IMG/VR virus record: IMGVR_UViG_3300007504_000006
Span: 22,249-86,248 of that record
Origin: a virus
DNA: 64,000 nt
Strand: one strand, 5' to 3'
Shown here: piece after piece, positions 1 through 11,081 of the stretch
Layout of the letters: every line of letters starts with the position of its first letter
Position numbering within the stretch: the first letter of the stretch is position 1
The notes under the pieces: model-generated
The model's input: the letters and a program-made list of their open reading frames with translations, nothing else
The model's database searches: none
Told to the model about the DNA's origin: nothing
Translations under genes and position numbers: made by a program

Positions 1-3000
1 AACTCTAAAAATGTAGTAGTAGGTGGTTCTACAAATTCTAAATCAGCACCTGTTGCGGCAACTCTTAAATATTTTCCTGTTTGCCCGCTCATTGTACTAG
101 GTGTATCAGTAAGCCCTGCAAAGGTTGTAATATCGTCGGGGGCATCAACAAACTCCAATGCCGTGCCACCTGTATTAACTTTTATATATTTTCCAGCATC
201 TCCGGTTGAAATACCTGGTGTATCTTGTAATGCAGAAAATGTATCAACTTGAACTGGAGGATTAACAAACTCTAATCCTGTTTCATTTGCTTTAATTGCA
301 ATATACTTTCCACCTTCATTTGCCATAGTACTAGGTGTATCGTCTAAATTAATAAAAGTCTTATCTGTAAAAATAAGACCCGTGGCACCCGAATTAACTG
401 TTACTAATTTACCTTCGTTAGTTGAGTAAGTATTAGGTAAAACATCATTTAAATTAATAAAATCTGTAATAGTTGTAGGAACATCTGTAAATTGTAATCC
501 GGTTGCTCCGCTATTAACAATTAACATTTTTCCTACGTTACCAGAAAATGTTGGAGGAGTATCTGTTTGCCCAATAAATGTTGGATTACCATCTATAGTT
601 ACTGTAACGTTATCGCCTACTGCTGACGCATTTACTCCATCACCAACAAAATCTAAATAACCGACTTCATATGTTAATGTAGTTCCTTCATTTCTAATGC
701 TTACTTTAGGATAATCAGACCAAATAAATTTATTATTTGCAAAATCATATTGTAAAAATTTATCGTCATCGCCTTGTACTGGAGTATCAACATCAATTAT
801 TTGTCCTAAAGTTAATGCTTTCCATTTATATGAATTAGTTCCATAATCATAATATAATACTTTTTCATCGTCTGCTTGTATTGATCCTGCTACATCTAAC
901 AATTGGGTTAGTGTGTAATCACGAAATTTAAACGAGGTAGTTGCATGATTATAATATGCTATTTGTTGATCATTAGTGGAAGTCAGAGCATCTACATCTT
1001 CTAAATTTTTAAGTTCATAGGCTTTCCACTTAAACGATGTTGACGGATGATCATAATATAAAAAATTAGTATCATTGCTTCCTGAAACAGGAGCAACATC
1101 ATATAAATCAGTAAAATTTTCTTGTGTTACATTTTGTAAAAATGTTTGGTTTATAAATTCTAAACCTGTACCATCATTTTTAACTTTTACAAAATATCCT
1201 GCCGAACCTGTATAATTTGCCGGAGTATCAGTTAAATCTATAAACTCATCAGGTACACTTACATCAGCAAATTCAAGTGACGTTTCATTAGTAGCAACTT
1301 TAACAAACTTTCCTGCTTGGCTAGTGTAAGTACTAGGGGTATCAGTTAAACCTGTAAAAACGGTTGCACCTGTTGCTGATTTATCATCTAATACCCAAGT
1401 ACCATTTAAATATGAAATAATTTTACCATTGGATACACCAGTAACATTTACATCTGTTAATCCTGCTAATGTATTAGATCCTGTATCTAATTGTGGAGTA
1501 AATTTTGTACCATCATATTTTAAAACTTGATTAAGAACAGGAGTTGTTGTGGTTGTATCTACATCTGTTAAATCATCTAATACAGTAGGTATAGATAATG
1601 TCGAATTTACCCATTTATTAGTAGTACCTGCAACCCAACGTAATACCTGATCAACTGTTGGCGAAGTTGTTGATGTATCTACATCTGTTAAATCATCAAT
1701 ACTAGCAGGAACAACGGTAAGTTCTTCTTTCCATTTTTGAGCAATTGAATTCCATCTTAAAAAATATCCATTAGTACTAACATTTAACGCCGAAGTATCA
1801 ACATCTCGTATATCAGTTAAATCATCATCATCCTTATCAAAATAATTTTGGGTTGCATGATTAGTCCAAGCATGGGCGGCATCCCAATTAGTAATTTTTT
1901 GTTGGGTTATTCCAGACGAAACATGAGCACCAAATACAGGATCAGTTTCTGTATAAGTTTTTAGGTATCCTTCAACACTATGATCTCCCCATCCGTGGGC
2001 TGTGTCCCAATCGGTAATTTTTGCAGTAGTAATATTACCTGCAGGTGAAGCAAGGAATACAGGATCTTGTTCGTCTAATGGTGTGTATGTAAAAACACCT
2101 GTTGTATTATCATACGTTAATGTTGATGTTGCATTTGCTGTTGCATTTGTTACAGATAAATCTGTTAAATCTACAGTACCTGATGATCCCCATTCTAATG
2201 TCGAACCTGTCGAAGGGAATCGTAATACTTGTCCTGCCGCACCAATAACACCTGGTATTGTATATTTGCCATCAACAACAATATTGTTATTATTATCTAC
2301 AATTTCATTTGTTATTGTTAATGTTTTTTGTTGCCATGTAATTGTTGCTCCGGACCCATCACCTGATCCGTTTGTATCTTGATTGAAATCATATAATTGT
2401 TCAGCAGTATCATTTGCCGCTACTATCTGTAAAAATGCTCCTGCTGAACCATCGGTTATTCTGGTTCCAGTAGATTCACCATAAGTAATACCATTGGTAT
2501 ATATCTGACCTGAAGCATGTGTACCATCCGATACAGTTGAAAATTCAAATTGACTGTTTACTAATGTTGCATTACTTGTATCAAATTTATATGTGCCTCC
2601 TGCAACAAAATTAAAAGATGTAATAGCAGTACCTGCTCCAACTATTCCTGTAGCATCTTCAAAAATATATTTTCCGCTGTCAAATTTTACATAATATGTT
2701 TGAGTAGTTATAGGAGGTGCAGTAGTTGTTAAAACAATACCATTACCTTCGGCTAAAGTTATTTCATCTACCGCTGTGGCTGTAAGTTTATCTTGGCCTG
2801 CTATATTCCAATGTTTAAACGTACTTTCCATAGCAATTTTCATTGCTTTGTTGCCTAAATCAGTTAATGCAAACCCGCTATCTACATCAAACTGTATCGA
2901 TGTTATATCTGAATTAGTAACATTTGCACCAGTGCCTGTTTCTTTTACTTCTAAATTAAAAGTAGTACCGGTACCTCCTGTGAAGTTTTGTAAACCTTCG

Positions 3001-3632
3001 GCACCAATATATCTATATCCTTTGAGCAAATATACAGAATGTGTGTAAACTCCACTTGATTGTGTTAATAATGGATCTCTAAGATTTCCATTAGGATTAC
3101 CTACCATTACAAATACACCAGATTCATAATCCCAGTAATATTCTTCATCTGTAGATTGTGGATATATTTCTTCGTAATCTTGTCTTGCTGTTAAGTCGTA
3201 ATTACCATTACCTCCGCCAGCAAGTGCTATTGCAAATTTAGGCAAATATGTTGCACCATATGTTGCTCTAAGCCAATTAGTGAGTCTAGTAGTACCGTCA
3301 CCTACTGTAGAACATGCAAGCCATGATCGTTGATCTGCTACAGTAGGATCTCGTGTTAATTCTATAACACCTGCAGATTCGCCAACTGCGGTACCTGCTA
3401 CAGCACCATTTTTATATTGATAAGAATTAACAGTAGCAGTATTAACATCACTGGCGACAGCAGGTATTAAATGACTGTCTAACCATAAATTGTGGGTTGG
3501 ATTTGGAATAGGACTAACTATGGCTTCGTTATTTGGTCCTTTCTCGTGGTCAAATGCCGTTCGAGCTTTACCATAATTGACTTTTTTATCAATCCTATTC
3601 GTGATTACATCATTTAAATTATATGTCGGCAT
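1..3632 (-). CDS. Long tail-fibre/appendage protein, partial (>1200 aa, runs off the left edge; missing from the ORF track)
   Basis: ATG at 3632 follows the upstream stop codon and a GGAG RBS (MPTYNLNDVITNRIDKKVNYGKART...). The frame is open where spot-checked (~2400 and 3-130). It contains tandem TFxGLTDTPxxxxGxxGKxLxVxxxGxxLEF repeats and LxDLxDV repeats. Confidence 0.85.
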   Translation of the reverse strand, partial: MPTYNLNDVITNRIDKKVNYGKARTAFDHEKGPNNEAIVSPIPNPTHNLWLDSHLIPAVASDVNTATVNSYQYKNGAVAGTAVGESAGVIELTRDPTVADQRSWLACSTVGDGTTRLTNWLRATYGATYLPKFAIALAGGGNGNYDLTARQDYEEIYPQSTDEEYYWDYESGVFVMVGNPNGNLRDPLLTQSSGVYTHSVYLLKGYRYIGAEGLQNFTGGTGTTFNLEVKETGTGANVTNSDITSIQFDVDSGFALTDLGNKAMKIAMESTFKHWNIAGQDKLTATAVDEITLAEGNGIVLTTTAPPITTQTYYVKFDSGKYIFEDATGIVGAGTAITSFNFVAGGTYKFDTSNATLVNSQFEFSTVSDGTHASGQIYTNGITYGESTGTRITDGSAGAFLQIVAANDTAEQLYDFNQDTNGSGDGSGATITWQQKTLTITNEIVDNNNNIVVDGKYTIPGVIGAAGQVLRFPSTGSTLEWGSSGTVDLTDLSVTNATANATSTLTYDNTTGVFTYTPLDEQDPVFLASPAGNITTAKITDWDTAHGWGDHSVEGYLKTYTETDPVFGAHVSSGITQQKITNWDAAHAWTNHATQNYFDKDDDDLTDIRDVDTSALNVSTNGYFLRWNSIAQKWKEELTVVPASIDDLTDVDTSTTSPTVDQVLRWVAGTTNKWVNSTLSIPTVLDDLTDVDTTTTTPVLNQVLKYDGTKFTPQLDTGSNTLAGLTDVNVTGVSNGKIISYLNGTWVLDDKSATGATVFTGLTDTPSTYTSQAGKFVKVATNETSLEFADVSVPDEFIDLTDTPANYTGSAGYFVKVKNDGTGLEFINQTFLQNVTQENFTDLYDVAPVSGSNDTNFLYYDHPSTSFKWKAYELKNLEDVDALTSTNDQQIAYYNHATTSFKFRDYTLTQLLDVAGSIQADDEKVLYYDYGTNSYKWKALTLGQIIDVDTPVQGDDDKFLQYDFANNKFIWSDYPKVSIRNEGTTLTYEVGYLDFVGDGVNASAVGDNVTVTIDGNPTFIGQTDTPPTFSGNVGKMLIVNSGATGLQFTDVPTTITDFINLNDVLPNTYSTNEGKLVTVNSGATGLIFTDKTFINLDDTPSTMANEGGKYIAIKANETGLEFVNPPVQVDTFSALQDTPGISTGDAGKYIKVNTGGTALEFVDAPDDITTFAGLTDTPSTMSGQTGKYLRVAATGADLEFVEPPTTTFLE

Positions 3633-3633
3633 A

Positions 3634-6600
3634 TTAACTCCAATCCTCTACTGATATTGCGGTTACTGAATCTCCGTTTTCTATACCAAATCGTACTAGC
3701 ACATGTTTATGAGTTGCTAAACCAGTATTTGCTGTTCCTAAATCTAAATTAGCATATGCATTTGTTAATACTGTATTAACCGCAAATGCTCCTTGGTCTG
3801 CGGCTGTACCTTGTCGTCTTACACCATCTGATCCGTTGCCGCCAGCACCTGTATTTGATCCTGGAAATTCTGCTCCACCATATAATGTACTACAATCTAA
3901 CCAACCATTTAAACCACTTGTGTTATCGGTATCGTATCCTGGAAATGCTATATAAAGAGATGATACTTTTCCCGATATCTTAATAGCAAATTTTGCCATA
4001 CTATTTCGTTGGAAACACATTGTAAAATATTGTGTAACACTAGACAGTCTACCACCACCACCGAGATCTGCATTTGCAGGTAAGTAACCTGACGAAAAAT
4101 CTTCTAGTGTGTGTTTAATTTCATTTAAATAACATCCTGCTTCATTTGTACCAGGTAATGTATCATTTTGACTATCCCATGCATATGTTGTATAATAATT
4201 GTTACTTGTATCTGTATAAGCAGGATAATCATGATCTGTTCCTGTCCAAGGACCATTAATACGTATTAAATCTGGTGCTCCGCTAACTGCCGCACCTACA
4301 GTTATATTATTAGGTAATGCCGCTTCATCTAATGTTGGAGATTCGATCCAATACATTAATTTTGTAGTATCTGTGACATTAGCACCAGAACCATTTACGT
4401 TTTCTGCTCTTGATTTTATTTTTCCGTCTTTTCCTAATCCTGAACCATTTATATTAACAGTTAAATCATTTAATGTAACTGGGGTACTAACACCTACATT
4501 TTTATTAGGAACATATCCATGAAGATTTGTATGAGTTTTTACACTTGGAGGTAACATATCATCATGGGTATAAGTCTGGGTAGATATTGCAGTTCCAGTA
4601 TCATTACTAATTGTAAGAGGTGTTGTTGTGTATCTATAAGTTTGCCCTGTAAGATTTGATAATGTTTGACCTGTTATAGATATACTAGCACCGGTATTAT
4701 AAAACGCAATACCAGACATATATCTATATGTGGCTGTTCCTGCTACTGAAGTTCCCCATCCAGCAATTGTCGGAACATCAGTCATATCATCATATACCCA
4801 TTTGGCTTGATAGGTTGATGTTCCATCATCGTGCTTTAATTGCATTGTATTGTAACCTATCGGAACTGTAGGGAAATGTACTTTTGCTACAAATTCTTTA
4901 TAAAAATTATCAGGATAAGTGTTATGGTTTAAAAGATTTGCGTCACGTTCAGCAGTAATTTCTAATTGTCCGCTTGCATCTACATTTCCTGAACTATCAT
5001 ATCTGTTTACTTGAGGCGATCCATTAAACACTACCATACCATCTGGTGATCCATCAGCTGATTCATTGATATGGGCTTTTAATGTTCCAGCATATGTACC
5101 ATTTGATGGAAATTCGTTACTCCATTGCGTTGTATCAGAAACCATAGAAGATGTTACTTGCCTGTTAACAGCGGTTGAGGCAGGTGGTGCCGAAGACCCG
5201 GCGGTATTATCATCTGTATCATCACATATGTGAGGTTGGGTACCTACACTGGACGGAGGATTTATAGTAGAACCTGTTAACCCATCTGGTGCAGTAGGTG
5301 CTTTTCTTATTTCAATATAATCTGCTTTGTTTTCAGTATCATCAGTACCACCAGCATAACTATTATCTGTAGATGTAATTAATTTTACAGTTCGTAGTAA
5401 TGGTGATCCTGTATTAGTATATGTATTAGTTGGATTTTCTGCTGAACTTGTATTAGAATCTCCAAAATCCCACGAATATGCTGGGTTAAGAGAGACGCCA
5501 TTATCTGTTAATCCTGTAGATGACCCTGTAAATTGTACAATATTAGATGCACCATTAGCATCGGCTCCACCATTAACAGGATCATATTTTATAAAATCAA
5601 ATCCTATTCGAGGATCTACATAATCAGGACTACCATTTGCTGAAGTATTTTGATTTGTAAATGCTCCGCTAAATCCTGCTCTAGGATCTACATTAACTGT
5701 TATAGTTGTTACAGATGTTGTATCTGAATTATTAGAGCCTCTTAAATTTTGTGCTTTTAAGGTTACATCAAATGTTTCTGCAACAAGATCATCTGCTAAA
5801 GTAAAATAATGTTCTATATCATTGAGATAATCACCATCAACATTACTACCGCCTGTTACAACTGTATCGCTTGTTGAATCGCCCCAATCCCATGTAAATG
5901 TTGTATCTCCCCAAGTGCCTAAATTTGCAGAAGTATTTGTAAATCTTACAGGATGTCCTTCTTGTGTATTAGTTGCACCTTGAGCATTAGTATCTCCAGA
6001 TTCATCATTGTTACCTGTTATTAAGTTGTTTACATTAAAAGATGCAACAGGTTCTATATATCCGCTAATATGATCTGTTTTTTCTAAACTAGCAGTAGCA
6101 CCTACACCTCCTTGGGCGGTTGTACTTCTACACCAAACTTTAGGAGACCATTGTGTATCTGCTGTAACCGTATTGCCACCTACATCATAATCATATGTGT
6201 GTGTTTTTGTAGATGCCCATTCGATCCAATTTGATTCAACATGAGCATTATCACCATTAGTATTAGCACTTGCAGGAAATTTTGAACCGTCTCCAAATTC
6301 AATCATCCAATAATGTGTATACAACGATGCTGATGTATCAAATTCTATTTCTCTACCTGCTTGTGGGCCTCCTAGATCAACTACTGTATCATTATTTGTT
6401 GTAGTCCATGCAGGTTCAGGTGCAGGTGTCCATAGTTCAACTGCGGCATCTTTTTTATAAATCGAATAACTACCCTCTGTTAATCCTGTTGTACCTGTTG
6501 CAGATTGACATTTTAATGTCATAGTTACATTAATATCACCACCTGCAACAGATGTAAAACTTTGATCATAATATCCGTTGCTTATTGTAGTTGTATCGTT

Positions 6601-9216
6601 TGCTACATTAACTGTATTAGCCGGTGTTGTAACATCTTCAAACTCCCAATCTGCATGAGTAGCGTCTCCTGGATTCGAAATAGTAAATCTTACAGTTAAT
6701 GGCACAGCAGGAGATGCTCCGCCTTCTAATGGAGAATTAGTAAATGCCGCACCTTGAACATATGTATTATTTTTTATATTTTTAATAGTTTCGTTTAACC
6801 CATCCATTGCATCAGTTATAGTACCAGTAACGTCAAACCCAGATAACAATGTGCCTCCACTATAAGTAGAACTTTTTTGATAATAGGCTCCGTCGTTAAA
6901 TGTTGTATCAGTTGGTGCTCCTAACGCACCACCTCCGCCTCCAGCTGAAGCAGGAGAATTTATCCAAGCCGCTCCATCCCAAGTTAATACATCGTTGGCT
7001 TGAACACTTGTTATAGTTGTATCTGTTAATCCTACTACAGTTCCTGCGGCACCTGCTTGATTTATCCATTTGTTATTTGAAGAATCCCACGTTAATACAT
7101 CTCCTCCTGAAGGAGTTGTTATTGTAGTATCAGTTAATCCTGATACAGTTAATGCACCTGCATCTGTTAAATCTACTTCAGTTTGTTCATAACTCATCCA
7201 GTATGGTTTTCCGTCTGCTTTTGTATAAAAATATCCACCTTCACCATCTGCTGGTTGTGTTGGCGTAGACCCTTGTTCGGTTGATATATGAATTAATCCG
7301 CCAACATTTACAGAAGTATTAAATCCCCACATGTCTGTAGTTTTACTCCAGGTAATAGTTTTATCTGATGCGGCTTTAAGTATAATACCGCCTCCATCTG
7401 CTGTGTCATTTGTTGGGGTTCCTACTGTTCCTATTTCAATATGTATATCATCTACTTGAAGAGTAGTACTGTTTACAATTGTTTGAGTTCCGTTGACTGT
7501 AAGATTACCATTAACAATTAAATCATCAAATGTTACATCATCTGTTGTGTTTAAATCTTGATCAAAAATTGTTGCTGTAAGAGTGCCATTAACAATTAAA
7601 TCATTAAATGTTACATCATCTGTTGTGTTTAAAGTTTGATCATAACTAGAAACTGTAGCCCATGTTCTATCGCCTTTTAAAAATTTAACTTCGTCTCCTG
7701 CTACTGGTGCAGGTACTAAACCTTCTGTTCCGTCTGTAGTAGATGTTGCTCCTCCAAATGGAGCTCCACCAGCATAGTTGTTTGCGTGTATTTCTTTAGG
7801 AATACCTGATTGATCTTGTGTCCAATCTATGTGTTGATCTGCGGACCAATTTGTTAATTGATTATGATCCCAGTCAGAATTAACATATGTTGTATTAGGT
7901 GGTACTGCCCATACACCTGTTGCACTTAAATATTTTAATTGATCTCCTGCTACTGGTGCAGGAACAAATCCATATGCTCCATTTACTGACGAAGATGCTC
8001 CGGAAAAATTACTTGGTTTGTTTGTTAAGTCATCATAACTACCGCTAAACAAATTAGGTTTATTTGTTAAGTCATTATAGTTTCCTGAAAATGCATCTAA
8101 TATTCCATATCCTGCAATAGTTGTTGGTACTTCAGTTAAATTAGCAAATACACCATTAAATACATTATCCCCCGAGCCTACCGGAGTTGACCATGAACCT
8201 AAGTGATTTAAAAATTGACCATCAGATCCACCGGGCGGTAACCATTGTGAAACAATATGCGAATGTGTAGATGTTCCGCCGCCAGTACCGGAGCCTGTTC
8301 CCCCTCCACCACCTCCTGTGGTAGTGCCTGTTGTAGTTTCAGAAATAGTAATAGGTAAACCAGTTTGTGGTGCTTCTGTTGTAGTTGTTGTTGAAATTAA
8401 TGTACTAAGTTGAGCATATTCTGTTTCAGGTGTAGTTTTAACAACATACTGTTCAACAGGTGTACTAGCATCAATAGTAGTATCTGTTTCTTGTTTTACT
8501 AAATTAATAATTCTGCGTCTGTCAATTTCAGATATATCTTTTATAAATTTAGTAGTTTCTTTATAATAAGCATATTGGGCTTGCTGTTGAGCAGTTTTAT
8601 CAACACCACCATCTTTATTTTTAAGAGTAAGATAATTTTTTCTTATATATTGAATACCTTCGTTCCGTAACCATGACCTAGGTTTCATGCTACCATAGTT
8701 ACATAATCTAAACAATGACGCTTCTGCAATTCTACGAGTAGGAGTTCTGTTATCTATTTGTATTGCAGATGATACTTGGTCAATAGTACCTTTTTGAATA
8801 AAATAAATTAAATCAAATTCATATCCTTCAGTCTGGGTATAATCGATTGAACCAGTATCATAAAACATACTAACTAAAGCATCCCATTGATGCTGTAAAA
8901 CAAATTCAGGACTATTGTTTAACCGTTTGCGAAGATTATTTTGTGCTTTAGTAACATCTGTAATCCATAATCTATATGCATTTGTTTCTGTTATACCATT
9001 AGGAAAAGCATCACCAGAATATCTATAACCCATTACATATTTTTCACCATCCCAATGGCGATGGCCGCGATATAATTCTTTACCTAACATAAAGTTAAGT
9101 CCGGCGTCACTTATTGCGGCTGTCTTGGTGTTTATAGGAGTAGAAGAATAATGAGGTGATAATGATTGATCATCATAATTTATCTCTATCGGTAATTCTT
9201 TATATCTAGTAGCCAT
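3634..9216 (-). CDS. 1860 aa virion protein: N-terminal GH24 lysozyme-like domain, T/G-rich linker, fibre repeats, PKD/Ig-like domains
   Basis: ISDAGLNFMLGKE..WD..MGY, QHQWDALVSMFYDTG and RRIAEASLF resemble phage lysozyme motifs. WDWGD/WDFGD PKD-type motifs and LTDTTIT repeats follow. Confidence 0.75.
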   Translation of the reverse strand: MATRYKELPIEINYDDQSLSPHYSSTPINTKTAAISDAGLNFMLGKELYRGHRHWDGEKYVMGYRYSGDAFPNGITETNAYRLWITDVTKAQNNLRKRLNNSPEFVLQHQWDALVSMFYDTGSIDYTQTEGYEFDLIYFIQKGTIDQVSSAIQIDNRTPTRRIAEASLFRLCNYGSMKPRSWLRNEGIQYIRKNYLTLKNKDGGVDKTAQQQAQYAYYKETTKFIKDISEIDRRRIINLVKQETDTTIDASTPVEQYVVKTTPETEYAQLSTLISTTTTTEAPQTGLPITISETTTGTTTGGGGGGTGSGTGGGTSTHSHIVSQWLPPGGSDGQFLNHLGSWSTPVGSGDNVFNGVFANLTEVPTTIAGYGILDAFSGNYNDLTNKPNLFSGSYDDLTNKPSNFSGASSSVNGAYGFVPAPVAGDQLKYLSATGVWAVPPNTTYVNSDWDHNQLTNWSADQHIDWTQDQSGIPKEIHANNYAGGAPFGGATSTTDGTEGLVPAPVAGDEVKFLKGDRTWATVSSYDQTLNTTDDVTFNDLIVNGTLTATIFDQDLNTTDDVTFDDLIVNGNLTVNGTQTIVNSTTLQVDDIHIEIGTVGTPTNDTADGGGIILKAASDKTITWSKTTDMWGFNTSVNVGGLIHISTEQGSTPTQPADGEGGYFYTKADGKPYWMSYEQTEVDLTDAGALTVSGLTDTTITTPSGGDVLTWDSSNNKWINQAGAAGTVVGLTDTTITSVQANDVLTWDGAAWINSPASAGGGGGALGAPTDTTFNDGAYYQKSSTYSGGTLLSGFDVTGTITDAMDGLNETIKNIKNNTYVQGAAFTNSPLEGGASPAVPLTVRFTISNPGDATHADWEFEDVTTPANTVNVANDTTTISNGYYDQSFTSVAGGDINVTMTLKCQSATGTTGLTEGSYSIYKKDAAVELWTPAPEPAWTTTNNDTVVDLGGPQAGREIEFDTSASLYTHYWMIEFGDGSKFPASANTNGDNAHVESNWIEWASTKTHTYDYDVGGNTVTADTQWSPKVWCRSTTAQGGVGATASLEKTDHISGYIEPVASFNVNNLITGNNDESGDTNAQGATNTQEGHPVRFTNTSANLGTWGDTTFTWDWGDSTSDTVVTGGSNVDGDYLNDIEHYFTLADDLVAETFDVTLKAQNLRGSNNSDTTSVTTITVNVDPRAGFSGAFTNQNTSANGSPDYVDPRIGFDFIKYDPVNGGADANGASNIVQFTGSSTGLTDNGVSLNPAYSWDFGDSNTSSAENPTNTYTNTGSPLLRTVKLITSTDNSYAGGTDDTENKADYIEIRKAPTAPDGLTGSTINPPSSVGTQPHICDDTDDNTAGSSAPPASTAVNRQVTSSMVSDTTQWSNEFPSNGTYAGTLKAHINESADGSPDGMVVFNGSPQVNRYDSSGNVDASGQLEITAERDANLLNHNTYPDNFYKEFVAKVHFPTVPIGYNTMQLKHDDGTSTYQAKWVYDDMTDVPTIAGWGTSVAGTATYRYMSGIAFYNTGASISITGQTLSNLTGQTYRYTTTPLTISNDTGTAISTQTYTHDDMLPPSVKTHTNLHGYVPNKNVGVSTPVTLNDLTVNINGSGLGKDGKIKSRAENVNGSGANVTDTTKLMYWIESPTLDEAALPNNITVGAAVSGAPDLIRINGPWTGTDHDYPAYTDTSNNYYTTYAWDSQNDTLPGTNEAGCYLNEIKHTLEDFSSGYLPANADLGGGGRLSSVTQYFTMCFQRNSMAKFAIKISGKVSSLYIAFPGYDTDNTSGLNGWLDCSTLYGGAEFPGSNTGAGGNGSDGVRRQGTAADQGAFAVNTVLTNAYANLDLGTANTGLATHKHVLVRFGIENGDSVTAISVEDWS
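7506..7641. repeat. Near-identical intragenic tandem duplication (DQxLNTTDDVTFxDLIVNG x2)
   Basis: ccattaacaattaaatcat.aaatgttacatcatctgttgtgtttaa occurs twice, ~78 nt apart. Confidence 0.8.
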
Positions 9217-9219
9217 TCA

Positions 9220-10434
9220 TTAACCTGCAAACCCCGGTGTTAAACCTTCACCTAGTGGCATTAATTTTTTATCTTCGTGTCCTAACCATGGTTCATGCTC
9301 AGGTACTCTTGTACATACACTTTGTAATACACTAACATTTCCGACTAATGGAGCAGGCTCTGGAGGAACTGCATCTGTAGCACTACCACCATTTAAATCT
9401 AATCTTGCCGCTTTAACAGTAGTTTGACCAGCAGTTATAAGACTTCCATCTAAGTCTGCTTGTATAACATAATTCATAGCAGTTTTCATTTGAAAGTCAC
9501 CTGTTGTAGCATTTATATTAATTCCATCTGAACCTTCTGCTCTTATTTTTATACTACCCTTTGATTGTATATTAATGTCTCCGTCAACATGTAAATTAAA
9601 ATCTTTAAGTGAATGATAAGATATATCGTCTGTACAAAACACATCCATTTTGCCTTCATTAGTAAGTTCTACCCAAGCAGTTCCATCTCTGTTAATAATA
9701 TATACTATTCCTTTTTCGTCATTAAGTAATAATTGGGCACCACCAGCAGTTCGTAATCGTATACCTTTATCGATACCTGCATCATCTCCATCATCCATTA
9801 CAAATTGATGTTGTTCTGGTGTTAGAATACCAAATACTCTACTAGGACTTTCTCTTCTAGCACCGCTAGTACATGTTCCTCTAATTGCATCATATTGAGC
9901 TAATGAAAGAAGTCCCTGTAATTCAAGAGCTTCTTTCATTGGCTTATGAGCAGGGCGTAATGTAGGTAATTTATCATACTTGTTTTTTTCTGCACCAGGT
10001 GCTGGTCCTTCATATGTCATAGCAGACGGAATACCCGGTACTGTAAAATTAACATTTTCTTGGAAGAAACAACCTAACCAAACTCCTTCGTTTAAATCTC
10101 CATTAATAAAACCTACTAACCCTTCTGTTTCTATAGTAGGCGGAACCATCCACATACCGTAAGCAGTTTGGGTGTCTTTAAATGCAGTAGACATTGGTTT
10201 TTGTAAGTACGGATTAGATGCTCCAGCAAACGGTGACAAATATCTAACACTAATCCATGTATCTTCTCTAGAAGGATGTCCAATTTCAGGTATATAAACT
10301 TGTAATCTACCCATAGCGGCCGAATCAAGAGTTCGTTTAATATATGCTCTATACATATAGGGCATAGATCTAATCTTAATATTACTACCACCACTTCCGT
10401 TTACTGCTACCTGTGTTTTAAATTCTACTGCCAT
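9220..10434 (-). CDS. gp5: Baseplate central spike, gp5/VgrG-like (OB fold plus beta-helix, no internal lysozyme)
   Basis: D..MGRLQVYIPE, YLSPFAG, YGMWMVPP, GVWLGCF, HQFVMDDGD, IRLRTAGGAQLLLND and C-terminal RVPEHEPW; baseplate context. Confidence 0.8.
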   Translation of the reverse strand: MAVEFKTQVAVNGSGGSNIKIRSMPYMYRAYIKRTLDSAAMGRLQVYIPEIGHPSREDTWISVRYLSPFAGASNPYLQKPMSTAFKDTQTAYGMWMVPPTIETEGLVGFINGDLNEGVWLGCFFQENVNFTVPGIPSAMTYEGPAPGAEKNKYDKLPTLRPAHKPMKEALELQGLLSLAQYDAIRGTCTSGARRESPSRVFGILTPEQHQFVMDDGDDAGIDKGIRLRTAGGAQLLLNDEKGIVYIINRDGTAWVELTNEGKMDVFCTDDISYHSLKDFNLHVDGDINIQSKGSIKIRAEGSDGININATTGDFQMKTAMNYVIQADLDGSLITAGQTTVKAARLDLNGGSATDAVPPEPAPLVGNVSVLQSVCTRVPEHEPWLGHEDKKLMPLGEGLTPGFAG

Positions 10435-10437
10435 ATT

Positions 10438-11070
10438 TTACTCCGGTACACATCCTAATTCAAACCATTGGTCTGCATCTTTTTCCCTAGACCAATATTT
10501 TTTTGCACCTCTACGTCTTCCACAATCTCTAAATTCAAAATAATTTTTATTCCAACCTGTTCCATAATTTGCATCTGTATATTTTTGAAATAAATCATCT
10601 CCGCCATTACCGCCCCAATGAAAACCTTGAGTTTCTGCAAGTTGTCCTATTTCTTTCCAATGTGCTTTATTTGCAGATGTTACAGATCCGTCTGCTTCAT
10701 GTAAATATTTTGTTTTGTTTACACTATTAACACTAACAACTTCTATTCTAAATGCAGTACCTGTTAAGTGATGACTATCTTTATAATCATGTTTAAGTGT
10801 ATCTTTTTTACGTAAGTCTTTGTGTTTACTCAATGGTCTAACACCTGTTATTATTTTAATAATATAAATGCTTCCGTGAGCTTTTGCATTTATAACAAAG
10901 TTTGCCGCAAGTTTTCGTAACTTAGGATGCAATCTTGCTATCTCAATATTAGTTCCAATATCATCTGTACTAGGAAAAGACCAATTGCCATCTTTATCGG
11001 GTCTTTCACCAAACCCTGCGTAACTACCTACTGGAGGTTTTTCGCCAAATTGTGTTTTATATGTTGCCAT
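10438..11070 (-). CDS. M15-family (L-Ala-D-Glu endopeptidase-like) protein, degenerate active site
   Basis: LHPKLR..., ITGVR, SHHLTGTAF and G.HWGG are present; the expected metal-ligand Asp and final His are not. Confidence 0.6.
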   Translation of the reverse strand: MATYKTQFGEKPPVGSYAGFGERPDKDGNWSFPSTDDIGTNIEIARLHPKLRKLAANFVINAKAHGSIYIIKIITGVRPLSKHKDLRKKDTLKHDYKDSHHLTGTAFRIEVVSVNSVNKTKYLHEADGSVTSANKAHWKEIGQLAETQGFHWGGNGGDDLFQKYTDANYGTGWNKNYFEFRDCGRRRGAKKYWSREKDADQWFELGCVPE

Positions 11071-11081
11071 TTTATTTCCTG

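Noticed and set aside
2002-3983. Short + strand ORFs (2002, 2776, 3786) and similar antisense or alternative-frame ORFs elsewhere
   Set aside because: They are shadows of long, motif-bearing genes and have no RBS or recognisable domains.
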